Shown here: positions 1 to 12,500 of the stretch, one piece after another
Layout: every line of letters starts with the position of its first letter
Position numbering within the stretch: the stretch's first letter is position 1
Assembly (NCBI RefSeq): GCF_004010195.1
Contig: NC_057718.1
Location: forward strand, 10,134,044-10,198,043
Length of the DNA stretch: 64,000 nt
DNA from: Chiloscyllium plagiosum
Taxonomy: Eukaryota
Direction of reading: 5' to 3'
The notes under the pieces: generated by a model
Told to the model about the DNA's origin: nothing
Database searches by the model: none
What the model saw: the letters and a program-made list of their open reading frames with translations, nothing else
Position numbers and translations under genes: made by a program

Positions 1-525
1 AGACTCCACACACAAGTTCCCTATGCTATCCCTGATCGGCCGTACTCTTTCTTTGACCATTCTCTTATTCCTCACATAAGTGTAAATGCCTTTGTGTTCT
101 CCCTAATCTGTTCTGCCAAGCCTTTTTCGTGCCCCCTCCTGGCTCTCGTCAGACCATTTCTGAGCTCCTTCCTTGCCTGCCAGTACTCATCCAGATGCCT
201 TTTAAATGCTGTCATTGTACCAGCCTCCACCACTTCCTCTGGCAGCTCATTCCATACACGTACCACCCTCTGTGTGAAAAAGTTGGCCCGTAGGTCCATT
301 TCAAACCTTTCCCCTCTCACCCTAAACCTATGCCCTCTAGTACTGGACTCCCCCAACCCAGGGGAAGAACCTTATCTACTTTACTTATCCATGCCCCTCA
401 TGATTTTGTAAACCTCTATAAGGTCACCCCTCAGCCTCTGACACTCCAGGGAAAACAGCCCCAGCCTATTCAGCTTCTAACTATAGCTCAAACCCTCCAT
501 CCCTGGCAACATACTTGTAAATCTT
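1..525 (-). mobile_element. Two abutting CR1 LINE ORF2 fragments (C-terminal piece ~181-525 joined to a mid-ORF2 piece 1-180)
   Basis: ORF 72..356: TRGHRFRV...FFTQRVVRVWNELP (CR1 C-terminal motif) runs directly into ARKELRNGL...HEKGLAEQIRENTKAF. Confidence 0.8.
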
Positions 526-1099
526 CTCTCCGTGTACATTCTGTTAGTGTGTTTAGTTCAACCTTCAGCTTTCATTTTTCGAGACAGGAAGCCCAACCTC
601 CAGGTAGTATTATTCCTGTAAATCTTCCTATTTTTCCCTCTCCAGTATCACTTTTATAAAACAGCAACTAGAATTGTTCACAGTCCTCCAAGTATGGTCT
701 GATCAAGGTCTGATACATGTTTACTGCAACTTCAATGCGCTCTCCTCAGAAATAAACCCTTGCACTTGTTTTGATTGGGTTTTTTTTTAGTAAGGCTTTG
801 TTAACTGGAGAATCGAATGAGTGAGGTGGAAGAGTATGGAGTTATCTTTAACGTAATCTGCCGACTAAGAAAGTGATGGGAGAGGGTACAACTGGTTTTA
901 CACGTTAATGGTACATGCCATTGAAGGCAATGGTGGAGTGGGTAATGAGACCAAGAAGCTCCCTACACCCACCCAGTGAGTTATTTTCACAGTGCCCCCT
1001 GAAGCTGGGACAGAATGAGGGAGAAAAGCCCAGTACATTCTGTAATGGCCGCCACTGACAGGAAGGGTTACAGGAACAAAGAGAGCAAGTTTGTAATCG

Positions 1100-1636
1100 A
1101 TCCAAGATGGTGGTGCAGCAGGATGCTTCAGCCAGAGCCCGTCTGCTCCATCCATTTTGTTTTCTTTATTTTTCTCTTTTCTTGTTTGTGTTTTTTTTTC
1201 TCTTATCTCTCTTTTATCTCAGAGAAGATGTCCTGAGCTTTGGCCTTAGCACAGACCCAGCCTGATGGTGATCTCCCAGCCTGGTGTAGCGGTCTCCTGC
1301 CCCCTGTAGTGATCTTTGTGCCCAGCGTTATAGTCCTGGCCCATAGTGAAGCCCTGAACATTCTGGAGTCAAGGCACGGCATGGGCTGGACGCTCAATGT
1401 CAGCTTGGACTGGATTGGAAGGACTGGTGTGTGGACTTCTTATTTCCCCATTTTCTAAGCTACTGCTGCGCTCTGCAATGCTGGACTTCTTATTTCTTTA
1501 TCTTTTTTTCCCTAAGAACTTGTACTGTAGAATCTGTACCTATTGCTTGACCTTATACCTTAGATGGTGTTGTAAGTGCTGACTTGCAAGCCTTTCACTG
1601 TACTCACCTGAATATGTAACAGTAAAGCTAATTCAA
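1100..1636 (+). mobile_element. Non-LTR/SINE-like repeat with a Rex-Babar-like 3' end; related tails at ~23900-24055 and ~46800-47335
   Basis: Shared motif 'agatggtg...ttt(c)actgtactc...acaataaa-like' in three places; family assignment is from memory. Confidence 0.4.
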
Positions 1637-2219
1637 CCCCCCAGTTGTGCATAAGCGCTTGTTACAGACTGCACCACTGCCAGCCCATGAGCAACTGTTC
1701 CTGATGCTGGTGGCAGGATGAAATTTTCCTACATCTGAATTACTAGAGAAGGAAATGTGGACTTTAACGACTTGTTTGCATCTGTGTTTGATTATGCTAG
1801 TCTGATCACCGATCCTTCTTTATTGCTTGACTGAGGAACTAGTGAGTCAGATGTTATCTTTACTCCACAAAGGATCCTTCAAAGATATACATATAAGTTC
1901 TAAGATGTTTAAATTTGTGTGAGTAAACTGCTTAAGTTTAGAACTACGGTTATCTTTGTCAAAAACAGAAATTGCTGGAAAAGCTCAGCGTCTGTGGAGA
2001 GAAATCGGAGTTCACATATCGGGTTGAATGACCCTTCCTCTGATCTGAAGTAAATTGGGTGAATAAGGTATATCAAAATCCAACGCAATTTTATCAGGCT
2101 CAAACCCCCTGCATAAAGTATCAGCTAACTTGCCACAATTTATATTAAATGAGACCATGAAAATAAGCAAAATAAATATGTCTTACATGGCACTGTCTTA
2201 TGAAGTTTACGCGTGCACC

Positions 2220-2962
2220 CACTAGAGCTTAGAAGGATGAGAGGAGATCTAATTGAGGTATATAAGATGGTACAGGGGATTGACAGAGTTAATGTAGAGA
2301 GAGTGTTTCCTTGTGGGGACATCTAGAATGAATGGACATAGTTTTAGGATAAGGGGTAGCAGATTTAAAACAGAGATTAGTAGGAATTACTTCTTTCAAA
2401 GGGTTATGAATCTGTGGAATTCACTATCCCAGAGGGTAGTGGACATTGGGGCATTGAATAAGTTTAAGATGAGATCAGATTACATTACCTACAGTGTGGA
2501 AACAGGCCCTTCGGCCCAACAAGTTCACACCGACCCTCCGAAGAGCAACCCACCCAGACCCATTCCCTTACATTCACCCCTGACTAATGCATCTAACACT
2601 ATGGGCAATTTAGAATGACCAATTCACCTGAATTGCACATCTTTGGACTGTGGGAGGAAACCGGAGCACCCGGAGGAAACCCACGCAGACACGGGGAGAA
2701 TGTGCAAACTCCACACAGACAGTCGCCCGAGGCAGGAATGGAACCCGGGTCCCTGGCGCTGTGAGGCAGCAGTGCTAACCACTGAGACACCGTGTTACAC
2801 AGCACAAGATCAAAGTGCCGCTCTCAGTGGCACGGTGGAGATAGATTCTGGAGAGCTGGCAGCAAAGTGGAGTTGAGGCCAAGATGAGATCAACCATGAC
2901 CATACTAAGTAGTGGAGCAGTTTTAAGGAGCTGAATTGCCTTCCTCTGCTCCTAGCTCTTAC
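2220..2962 (+). mobile_element. CR1 3' fragment interrupted by an HE1 SINE
   Basis: SRMNGHSFRIRGSRFKTEISRNYFFQRVMNLWNSL motif; the 3' UTR resumes at ~2835. Confidence 0.75.
2476..2793 (-). mobile_element. HE1-type (V-SINE) tRNA-derived SINE
   Basis: Reverse complement has a tRNA head (cagtggttagcactgctgcctcacagcgccagggacccgggttc), the V-domain (gtggagtttgcacattctccccgtgtctgcgtgggtttcc) and a (taatc)n tail. Confidence 0.85.
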
Positions 2963-3483
2963 GTAAATGTTAGACTTAACCCCAGACTGTCAAGGCTAAC
3001 CTGACACATAATCCCAAGGACAGTGCTTTGAATCCTACATGATATAATACGCCTGTGTTAGGCCCTTCTCAATTCACAACACTTTTTAAACTGATTTTTT
3101 ACCAAAAAAAGTTTATAATCAATTCTCCATAGCCTTGAAAGTTAATAGAAATTTGGTAATCTCAATGACTGAAATTTCTTGATTATACCTCTTCAATATT
3201 CACTGAATTGTCACAGACATACTTGAGGGAAATGTTGAGAAATTATAGGCAAAGTGGAAACAGGAACATGCATTTGGTTAACAAAATTGTTAGTCTGTGT
3301 CAAGTCCACGTGTTCCCTGCACATTACAGATGTGCAGTAAGAGCTCCCCCTAGTGCTGTAGCACAAATAAACTCAAGCCTCAAGATTATTGTAGAAATGG
3401 GACAAAGAGACAGGGGGTGGTGGTGTGTCCTACAAATGAACTCAGTGGAGGTGCCAAGTTAGGTGAAGTCTCCCCATTCCTAC

Positions 3484-3598
3484 CTGATACATGAGCAGCC
3501 AACTCGGGAGATTGTTTCGGTGGGTTCTGCAATGCAGGACACAAGGAGCTTCAGAAGGTCTTTCAGCATGGAATTGATGCTGCTCTCGTAGCCAATAT
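3484..3598 (-). CDS. ARFGEF3: ARFGEF3 exon 22 of window, DIGYESSINSMLKDLLKLLVSCIAEPTETISRVGCSCIR
   Basis: 115 nt, ttgtag|...|gtagga. Confidence 0.94.
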
Positions 3599-6500
3599 CT
3601 ACAACAAATCAGAAAAGAAAAAAAAAAATTCTGTGATGGCAGTAAAAGAAAAGTCATCCATTTTGGTCTGTTTTAACCTCACGCAAGATGAGGCACCAAG
3701 GGAACGGTTTGGCTGGAATCCCCGCACGCAAGGATCAGTCTTTCTAATTCAAGAAAGAAGGGAGATTTGCATTTATAGATAACCTCAGTACGTTCCAAAA
3801 TACTTTACAGCCAATGAGTTATTTCTGACATGCCCTAACTCTTTGTTTTGTATCTTCAAAAACATTTGTTCTGTTTGGAGAATAACAGGGAAGTGTCAGA
3901 AGGAATGGTATCAACTGTTTGCACCATGTTGTGCTCCCTCTTTCCCTGGTCAACAAGCTGGATTGGGATTTGAGCCTATATTGACAACTGAGAAATACTG
4001 ACCAGTCACCTGAACCTCAGTTGATGTGTTTATTAACTTATGACGTGCATCAGCCAATTTGCACACAATAATCTCCTACAGCGAGATGAGATAATTTGTC
4101 TTTTAGTTCAACCAGCAGAAGGATATGAACTAAGAGTATTCTAAAGGTTCACCATCATCTGAGTGGAGCAGTTGCTCCTGATAGCAGCCCTAAATGGCCT
4201 GCTCCCCAATCTCAGACCGTGTTAGTGATTCTCAATCTCTCAGCCAGGGGATACGTCCCTCCTGTAGCCATCCTGGTGAGCTCTTTATGTGCTTACGAGT
4301 GGCACGAGAGCGAGCTTAAAATTAAATAGTGGGGGGTGGATGGGGTTCAATTGCACGGGCAATTATAGAAAAAGTTAAAGTAAACAGGGCTCAGCAGAGG
4401 TTATTAAAGGTTCTAGAACAAGTAATAGGACACAGAGAATGGAAAGGGTCAGGAGAATGGGATTGGGAAACATATCATGAATGGTGGAACAGACTCAATG
4501 GGATGAATGCTTAAAAATGTGTTGCTGGAAAAGCGCAGCAGGTCAGGCAGCATCAAAGGAATAGGAGAATCGACGTTTCAGGCATAAGCCCTTCTGCGCT
4601 TTTCCAGCAACACATTTTTAAGCTCTGATCTCCAGCATCTGCAGTCCTCACTTTCTCCTCAATGGGATGAATGGTCTAATTCTGCTCCTGTACCTTGTGG
4701 TGTCATAACCAGTTGTAGCAGTACCAGCCCTATGTTGAAGTCAGCTTAGAGAATTAAATCTGAAAATGTGTTGCTGGAAAAGTGCAGCAGGTCAGGCAGC
4801 ATCCAGGGAACAGGAGAATCGACGTTTCGGGCATAAGCTCTTCTTCAGGAATCCCACATTCCTGAAGAAGGGCTTATGCCCGAAACATCGATTCTCCTGT
4901 TCCCTGGATGCTGCCTGACCTGCTGCGCTTTTCCAGCAACACATTTTCAGCTCTGATCTCCAGCATCTGCAGACCTCACTCTCTCCTCCTTAGAGAATTA
5001 AATGCAAAACTTGCTATAATAAACAGTTACTAGGCACAGAAACATTCAGGAAGGTCATTATTGCAAATGCACTGTAGGATAACATGATAATTTGCAAGCA
5101 TTATTGGCTGCTTTCTCTTTTGTAACTTATCTACCCAAATGATGCCTGTTCCACCAGCAAAGTCCTACCTGATTGGATAAAGCAGTGAATATGCTCCATC
5201 ACCAGTTCCGAGGACAGTCCAATGGCATGCTTAAAATTGGCAGCAGCCATTTCCCAGTACGATTGGTCTCCATGGTTACGTTGAAGCCAGAGAGACATCA
5301 CTGGAAGGAGGAGATGGGTGACAGCAAAAATCCCAAATCCAGGACCTACAGAAGTCAACAAGACATTGTCTTACAGTCAGGACAAGGTTTGTAAGTATTT
5401 CTGTGGCAGACGTAGGCCTGAAATCTTAGTAGGTATTACTCTAATCACAAAGCGGAGCCGTTGTCATGATCATAAATGAGAATACAGAACTTCGGCGCTC
5501 ATCATTTATAAAGCACCTTGAGAGTTTTGAAATCTGTAATTGTGTATTATTTCCTGTAGTAAACTTACTGAATTAAATGCCATTTACACAATCCTACACA
5601 TGGCCATAGAATCCCCATAGTGCAGAAAGGGGATATTTAACCCATTGTGTCTGCATCATCCCACAGAAGAGCATCCCATCCAGACCCAACTCCCCACCCA
5701 ACAGAACATAGAACATAGAAAAGTACAGCACAGAGCAGGCCCCTTGGCCCACAATGTTGTGCCGAGGTTTAACCCTGATGTAAAATATAGTAACTTAACC
5801 TATGCACCCCTCAACTCACTGCTATCCATGTGCATGTCTAGCAGTCGCTTAAATGTCCCCAATGACTCTGCTTCCACCACCACAGCTGGCAATGCATTCC
5901 ATGCATTCACAGCTCTCTGCGTAAAGAACCTATCTCTGACATCTCCTTTATACCTTCTTCCTAATATCTTCAAACTATGACTCCTCATATCAGTCAATCC
6001 TGCCCTGGGGAAAAGTCTCTGGCTATTGACTCTATCTATTCCTCTCATTATTTTGTACACCTCGATCAGGTCTCCTCTCTTGCTCCTTCTCTCCAGAGAG
6101 AAAAGTCCAAGCTTAGTCAACCTTTCTTCAGTAACTTTGCATTTCCCACAGCCAGTCAACCTAACCTGCACACCTGTGGATTGTGGGAGAGAACCGGAGC
6201 ACCTAAAGGAAGCCCACACAGACATGGGGAGAATGTGCAAACAGTCACCCAAGGATGGAATTGAACCTAAGTCCCTGGCATTGTGAGGTAGCAGTGCTAA
6301 TCACCGTGCTGCCCATGCAACAAACACCAAGTTATAAGGTAGGGCTGTACATGCAGGAGGATGAAGGAGCAGATTGTGAAGGTGGGAAAACGAGATTTCT
6401 ATTCGAATGAGCAAATCAGTTGCCCCTTTGTGGCAGTGCAGGAGTGCCATTTCTCTCACCCCATTCCCATCTTATCCTCACTACCTGGTACTTTCGTGAC

Positions 6501-9500
6501 TTCTCGCAGCAGCTCAAACAGGAGGTCCAGTGTGGGAGGTTGGTGCTGGCGTGGACAGTTGGAGATGGCTGTGGTGAGCTGCTCCAGCAGCAAAATCCAG
6601 ACTTGAATCAAACCTGCAAGAGAATCACCACCCACTCATTCCTTTGCCAGAAGCCCAAGAAACTTTACAACAGGAGAAAACGGAAAAGGCTTTTTAATCA
6701 CAGCGACTTCATAGTTCCTCGTGTTTGCTGGACAATGTTTAACACTTTTAAAACATAATGCCTTTTCATAATTATACACTGGATAGTTATGAGATTAGAT
6801 TCTCTACAGTGTGGAAACAGGTCCTTTGGCCCAACAAGTCCACACCGACCATCTGAAGAGTAATCCACCCAGACCCATTCCCCTACATTTACCCCATCAC
6901 TAATGCACCTAACACAATGGGCAATTTAACATGGCCAACTCACCTGATCTGCACATCTTTGGATTGTGGGAGGAAATCGGAGCACCCAGAGGAAACCCAC
7001 ACAGACACGGGGAGAATGTGCAAACTCTACACACAGTTGCCCGAGGCTGGAATCAAACCCAGGTCTCTAGTGCTATGAGGCAGCAGTGCTAACCACTGAG
7101 CCACCGAAATGGGGACAATTCTAACTTCCTCTACCTAATATTAATAAAGTGACAGTGCTTCAAAATATATTATTTCATATTTCCTAACGGTGGTCATTAA
7201 AGAGAAAGGCATATATTTATATAACACCTTTCATTAGTGAGCCTGTGCCTAAGTTGTTGCACAGAGTTTTGGTCCACATACTTGAGGAGGGATGTAATTA
7301 CACTGGAGTTAGACCATAAGACCATAAGACATAGGAGTGGAAGTAAGGCCCTTTCATTAGTGAGCCTGTGCCTAAGTTGTTGCACAGAGTTTTGGTCCAC
7401 ATACTTGAGGAGGGATGTAATTACACTGGAGTTAGTTCAGAGGAGATTCACTAGATTGATTCCAGAGGTGAGGGGTTTGTCTTATGAGGAGAGTTTGAGT
7501 GGTTTAGGCCTATACTGTCTGGAGTTTTGAAGGATAAGAAACCTAATTGAGCTATATAAGATGCTAAAAGGGATTGACAAAGTAGACATGGAGAGGATAT
7601 GTCTTCATGTGGAGCAATTTGGGATGGGAGGTTTAGAATAAGGAGTAGCAGATTTAAAACAAAAATGAGGCGAAATAACTTCTCACAAAAGTTGTGAAGC
7701 TGTGGAATTAACTTCCTCAGAGTGTGGAGGATGCTGCAACATTAAGTAAGGAGGAGATAGATTTTTAATTAGTAATGGGTTAAAGGGTTGTGGAGAATGG
7801 GCAGGAAGGTGGAGTTGAGGCCGAGATGAGATCAGTCATGATTGTATTAAATGGTGGAGCAGGCTCAGGAGGCTGAATGGCCTACTCCTGCTGCTAGCTC
7901 TTATGTCCTTGTGTTCACAGACACCAGATAAATTATAAAGCACTTCACAAACTATTTGGTACTTTTTTTGAAGTGAGGCAAACATAGCAGCCAACTTCCG
8001 CACAGCACGTTCCTACAGACTGCAATGTGATGAGATCCAGGTATTCTATTTATAATGACGTTAAAGCATGGATTAGAGAGGCGCAGCTGGGGTCGGAGGG
8101 AGGGGTAAGTGGAGAGAGGAGGCAGAGAAGGAGGGAACAGGCAGAAGGAGAGAGAGGGAGCAGGTTTGGTGGAGGTGACATGAGGAAAGACATCTTTATC
8201 CAGGGAAACACTGTATTCTATAAAGGGTAATACAAGTATTTTCTTATATCAGGAAACTTTAATGAGTAGATGTAGTGTTTAGAGACTGAAAGCAGATGCA
8301 GAACCAACTTTCAAAGGAGAATGGATGAAAATTTGTAAAGGAGAAAGCTGCAGGACGAGAAGGAAAGAGCAAGTGGAGTGGATCTAATCAGGTGGCTCAG
8401 TAAAGGCAAGATGGGCAGAATGGTCTCAATCTGAACAGTGTTATTCTGTGAGCTTGAACATGAACATGGAAGAGCATGGAAGTGTCCAATATGTGTTCTT
8501 TTTAATTATTAGGGAGCACAATTTTATAAAGAGAGTCGAGCTCTCCTTTACCTGTGTCATCGTCGAACTCATTGAGGACTGACTCAATCCCGTCTTCACT
8601 GCTCAGCGATCTCTCGGGGCCTCTGAACGGTAAACTGGCGAGCTGCAGCCCGTGGAAGATCGGCTTCGAAGGCATCTTGTAGATTTTGGCAAGTAACTAA
8701 GGAAGTACAACCAAATACGTAAATGACCAAAAACAGACTGGAATGTCACAAAGAAGCCTCCTTACACAGAGAGCGGAGGAAATCTGGAACCATCATGCTG
8801 TTGAGGCTGGGAGTAAATTGAACATGGTTTAAAACTAAGCCATCATTTAAAAAAATGGGCAAGGATATATTGGAACTGGGGTGGGTAACAGAGTTGATCA
8901 GCCATGATGTCGCTGAATGACAGAATAGTTTTGAGAAGTTGAACAGCTTTCCCCATTGTGCTACACTCCCATTACCATTAAAAGGCAAAGAGCAGCAAAG
9001 TGGAGTTGAAGATTATCAAGTCAGCCAAGATCTTGTTGAACAGCAGAGCTGATTATGCTGAATGGCTTACGTCTATGGTAACGTTTTCACTAATTTTGGT
9101 CTTTTCTCAACGGAAGCTCAAAAATGGGAATTCCCATTTTTCCCTGGACATCATTTGCCTGGTGTGGCTGAAGGTTGTGCATTTCTGAGCAAGGAGGATA
9201 CTGTGGGTAATGTCCCTGCCTCTGAGCCAGGGACTCTAGGTTAAGTTCCACTTGATGGCCAAGGAAGGTGTGCTCAGAACAGGGTCAAAACCTGCAAATC
9301 CTTCTAACACAACCCAAGGGCAGGTGGTAAGGACAGGAGAGATTCCTGGTAAAACACGTGTTTAAACAAATTGGAGCCTGAACCATCAACACCCAAAGCT
9401 CCAGATTACAACCTGTATGTAAAGGTTTACATAACCACCAGCAACTCAGGTTTCCTGAGTCAGCTGTTACACACTGAACCAAGACAGCTAGGGATTATGA

Positions 9501-12500
9501 CTCAACACCCCTAAATCAAAATCCCCCCTAAACATGCTGATACGCTAGCGCCGGAGATGACTGTATATCCAGGAATAGCTGATTCCAGTCAGTGTGTAGA
9601 GCCATTTCATTCAGGGCCAGAGAGTGGACAGATGGACACGACACTCTACCCTGCTAACGCTGAGCATGTTCATACACACTAACTCCGGTTCTTCCTCCGT
9701 ATGCACAGCCTTCTCCAGCATTCGCATTTTTCATTTGATATTAGGGTATTCCTGCTGGAATCATCAAACAATCTCCAGGTCCATTGATTTAAGCAAGGAA
9801 CTCAATCTAAATTGGCTATCTTTCTTGAAGCAATATTCGGGAATAGTCTTTACCTGCGAACACTTCCTGAGGTAATCAAGGGCGGGAAGGCACAAGTCTG
9901 TTGAACTGGATCCCAAACCAGTATAGCAATCTCCTATTTCTTTACAATCCTCATCACCTTCAGATGTATTAAAAAAAACAGTATTAACTTCAGTACTCCA
10001 CAATCATTTGAAACACACACTATCAATTATTTTGGTTTCTTTCCTAGTTTTCCTGAAGATGTTAATTCTTTCCCTACATTCAAAGGATCGGTGCTGGGTT
10101 CATTGCTGTTTGTTAGCTATATCAATAATTTGGATGAGAATGTACTAAAATAGATGATACTAAAATAGGCGGTATCATGGACAGTGAGGAAGGTTATCAG
10201 AAATTGCAGCAGGGCCTTGATCAGCTAGGGAAGTGGGCCCAGAAACAGCAAATGGAGTTTAATACAGATAGGGTGAGGTCTGGCACTATGGAAAGTCAAA
10301 TGAAGGTAGGAGTTTCATGGTCGAGAGTGTGGTGCTGGAAAAGCACAGCAGGTCAGGCAGCGTCAGAGGAGCAGAAAAATTGACGTTTCGGGCATAAGCC
10401 CTTCATTAGGTATCGGGACGCTTATGCCCGAAATGTCAATTCTCCTGCTCCTCTTTTTCCAGCATCACACTCTTGACTCTGATCTCCAGCATCTGCAGTC
10501 CTCACTTTCTCCTAGGACTTCCATGACAAATGGTAGGGCTTTAAGGAATCTGATGGAACAGAGGGACCTTGGAGTTCAGGATCACAGTCCTCTGAAAGTA
10601 GCGTCACAGTAGACAGGGCAGTGAAGGCGGCTTTTGGCACACTGGCCTTCATCAGTCAGGACATTGAATATAGAAGTTGGGAAGTTATGTTGCAGTTGTA
10701 CAGGACGTTGGTGAGGCTGCACTTGTTCATTAGGGAGACACAACTGGTGGTAGTTTAAGCTGAGGGTGAGCACACCTCAGGCAAGGGGAGAGGTTGAGAA
10801 GGAGAGTCCTTCATGGTATTGAATACATACAGGAGGCACCATTCTGTATCACAAACCAACCGTTCAGCCAACTGAGCTAATCAACTGGCCTGGATCAGTG
10901 CTGTAAAACTTTTTAATCATTATATAGATAGTCTTAATTTTCCATAAGAGCAAGCTTACCCAAACCCTTGACAAACTTCATAAGGCACATTATGTAGTCA
11001 GTGGCTGCGTTAGCAAACACTTGAATGTTATCCGTGTTCAGGAATGCTTCAAAGACATCAAAAACTGGAGCCTGGGATTTTCCTGCCGATGAACAAAGTG
11101 ACTCAGCACATGACAGTAAACATAGTCCGTCTACATCTAACCACACCCCTTCACAGCCAGACATTTGGCAGCAAGTCCCCAAGGGAGTTACAATCTCTTT
11201 CTGGTTCAGAGTTCCACCATCCCTAATTGCCTCTTGGGACAACTGAATGCATTCCTAGGCCAGTTCAAAGGACAGCTAAGAGTTGACCACATTGCCATGG
11301 GTTTGGAGTCACATGTAGACCAGACTGGGTGAGGAAGGCAGATTTCCTTCCTTAAAGGGGCATTAATGAACCAGATTACAAAAGCACAGTGGTTTCATTT
11401 TTTACCATTACTTTTTTTCTAGATTTTATTAATTGAACTAAATTTTCCAGCATCTGAGGTAGGGGTTGAACTAAAGTCATTGGATTATTAGTCCAGGTTT
11501 CTAAATTGCTAGCTCAATAATAAATTACATTTATTCACTGCCTTCCTACAATGAAACATCCCAACGTGCTTCATATAACCACAATGCTACCGTAGCCCTG
11601 TTTTGGCAGTAACATTGCTGATAATACAGCACAAAATGTTTAAAGGTCAGGTCAATTTTAGACTTTTAATAACAATACACATCCAGAACTGAGAGGCTAT
11701 TAATTAGCACTAGACTTCTCACAAGGGCATTATACAAACTGGGTGAATGTTAGACCAAACACAAAAGTATTAGACAGTATTATAACTGACAGCATTATAA
11801 AGAGAGCGAATGATTGTCTAGTAATTGCAATCCTCATCATGAAGGAAGTGTATCATAGTGCTATGATAACCTTATAGCTGTAATGTCATTTAATGGGAGG
11901 AAGAGCATCAAATACAGGGTAGTATAAATAAATGAAAGACTTGCATTTACAGTATATAGCATTTGTCACAACCATTGGATATCTCAATGCAGTTTACAGC
12001 TAACAAACTATTTTTCAAATGCAGAGCTGAAAATGTGTTGCTGGAAAAGCACAGCAGGTCAGGCAGCATCCAAGGAACAGGAGAATCGACGTTTCGGGCA
12101 TAAGCCCTTCTTCAGGAAGCTGTATTTTTCAAATGTAGTCAATATTACAAATTAGGAAATGGGTTCAATGAGCTCCCACCAACAGTGGGAGAACCAGGAT
12201 GTGGGAGACCCGCGCATTAGAGTAGGCAAGATTAGAGATAATAAAAGCAAGAATTCAGCCACAATCGAGCTAAGGCAGTGTTGGACAATGAGACAGAGGT
12301 GGGAATATTTGCAGATATGCAGTTATGAGTTCATTTAGGGGTCAACCATGGATCTAGGGTTGCCAAGAGTCTGGGTCTGTTTCAGAGGAAAACCAGGCAA
12401 AAAGGATGAAGCTGGTGGCTAGGGAGTAGAGTTTGTGACTGCGCACTGATGGCTGTTGTTATGACAGGAGCAATAAACTATTCACAGAAGCTTATGGCAG

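Noticed and set aside
1..3483. Next ARFGEF3 exon (expected YVLVTAGPVF...-like)
   Set aside because: I found no matching minus-strand sequence; it probably lies beyond the window edge.
4760..4950. miRNA precursor, terminator or classical MITE
   Set aside because: The arms match the terminus of the GIY-YIG-bearing Penelope remnant, the inversion point varies between copies, and TSD lengths are variable.
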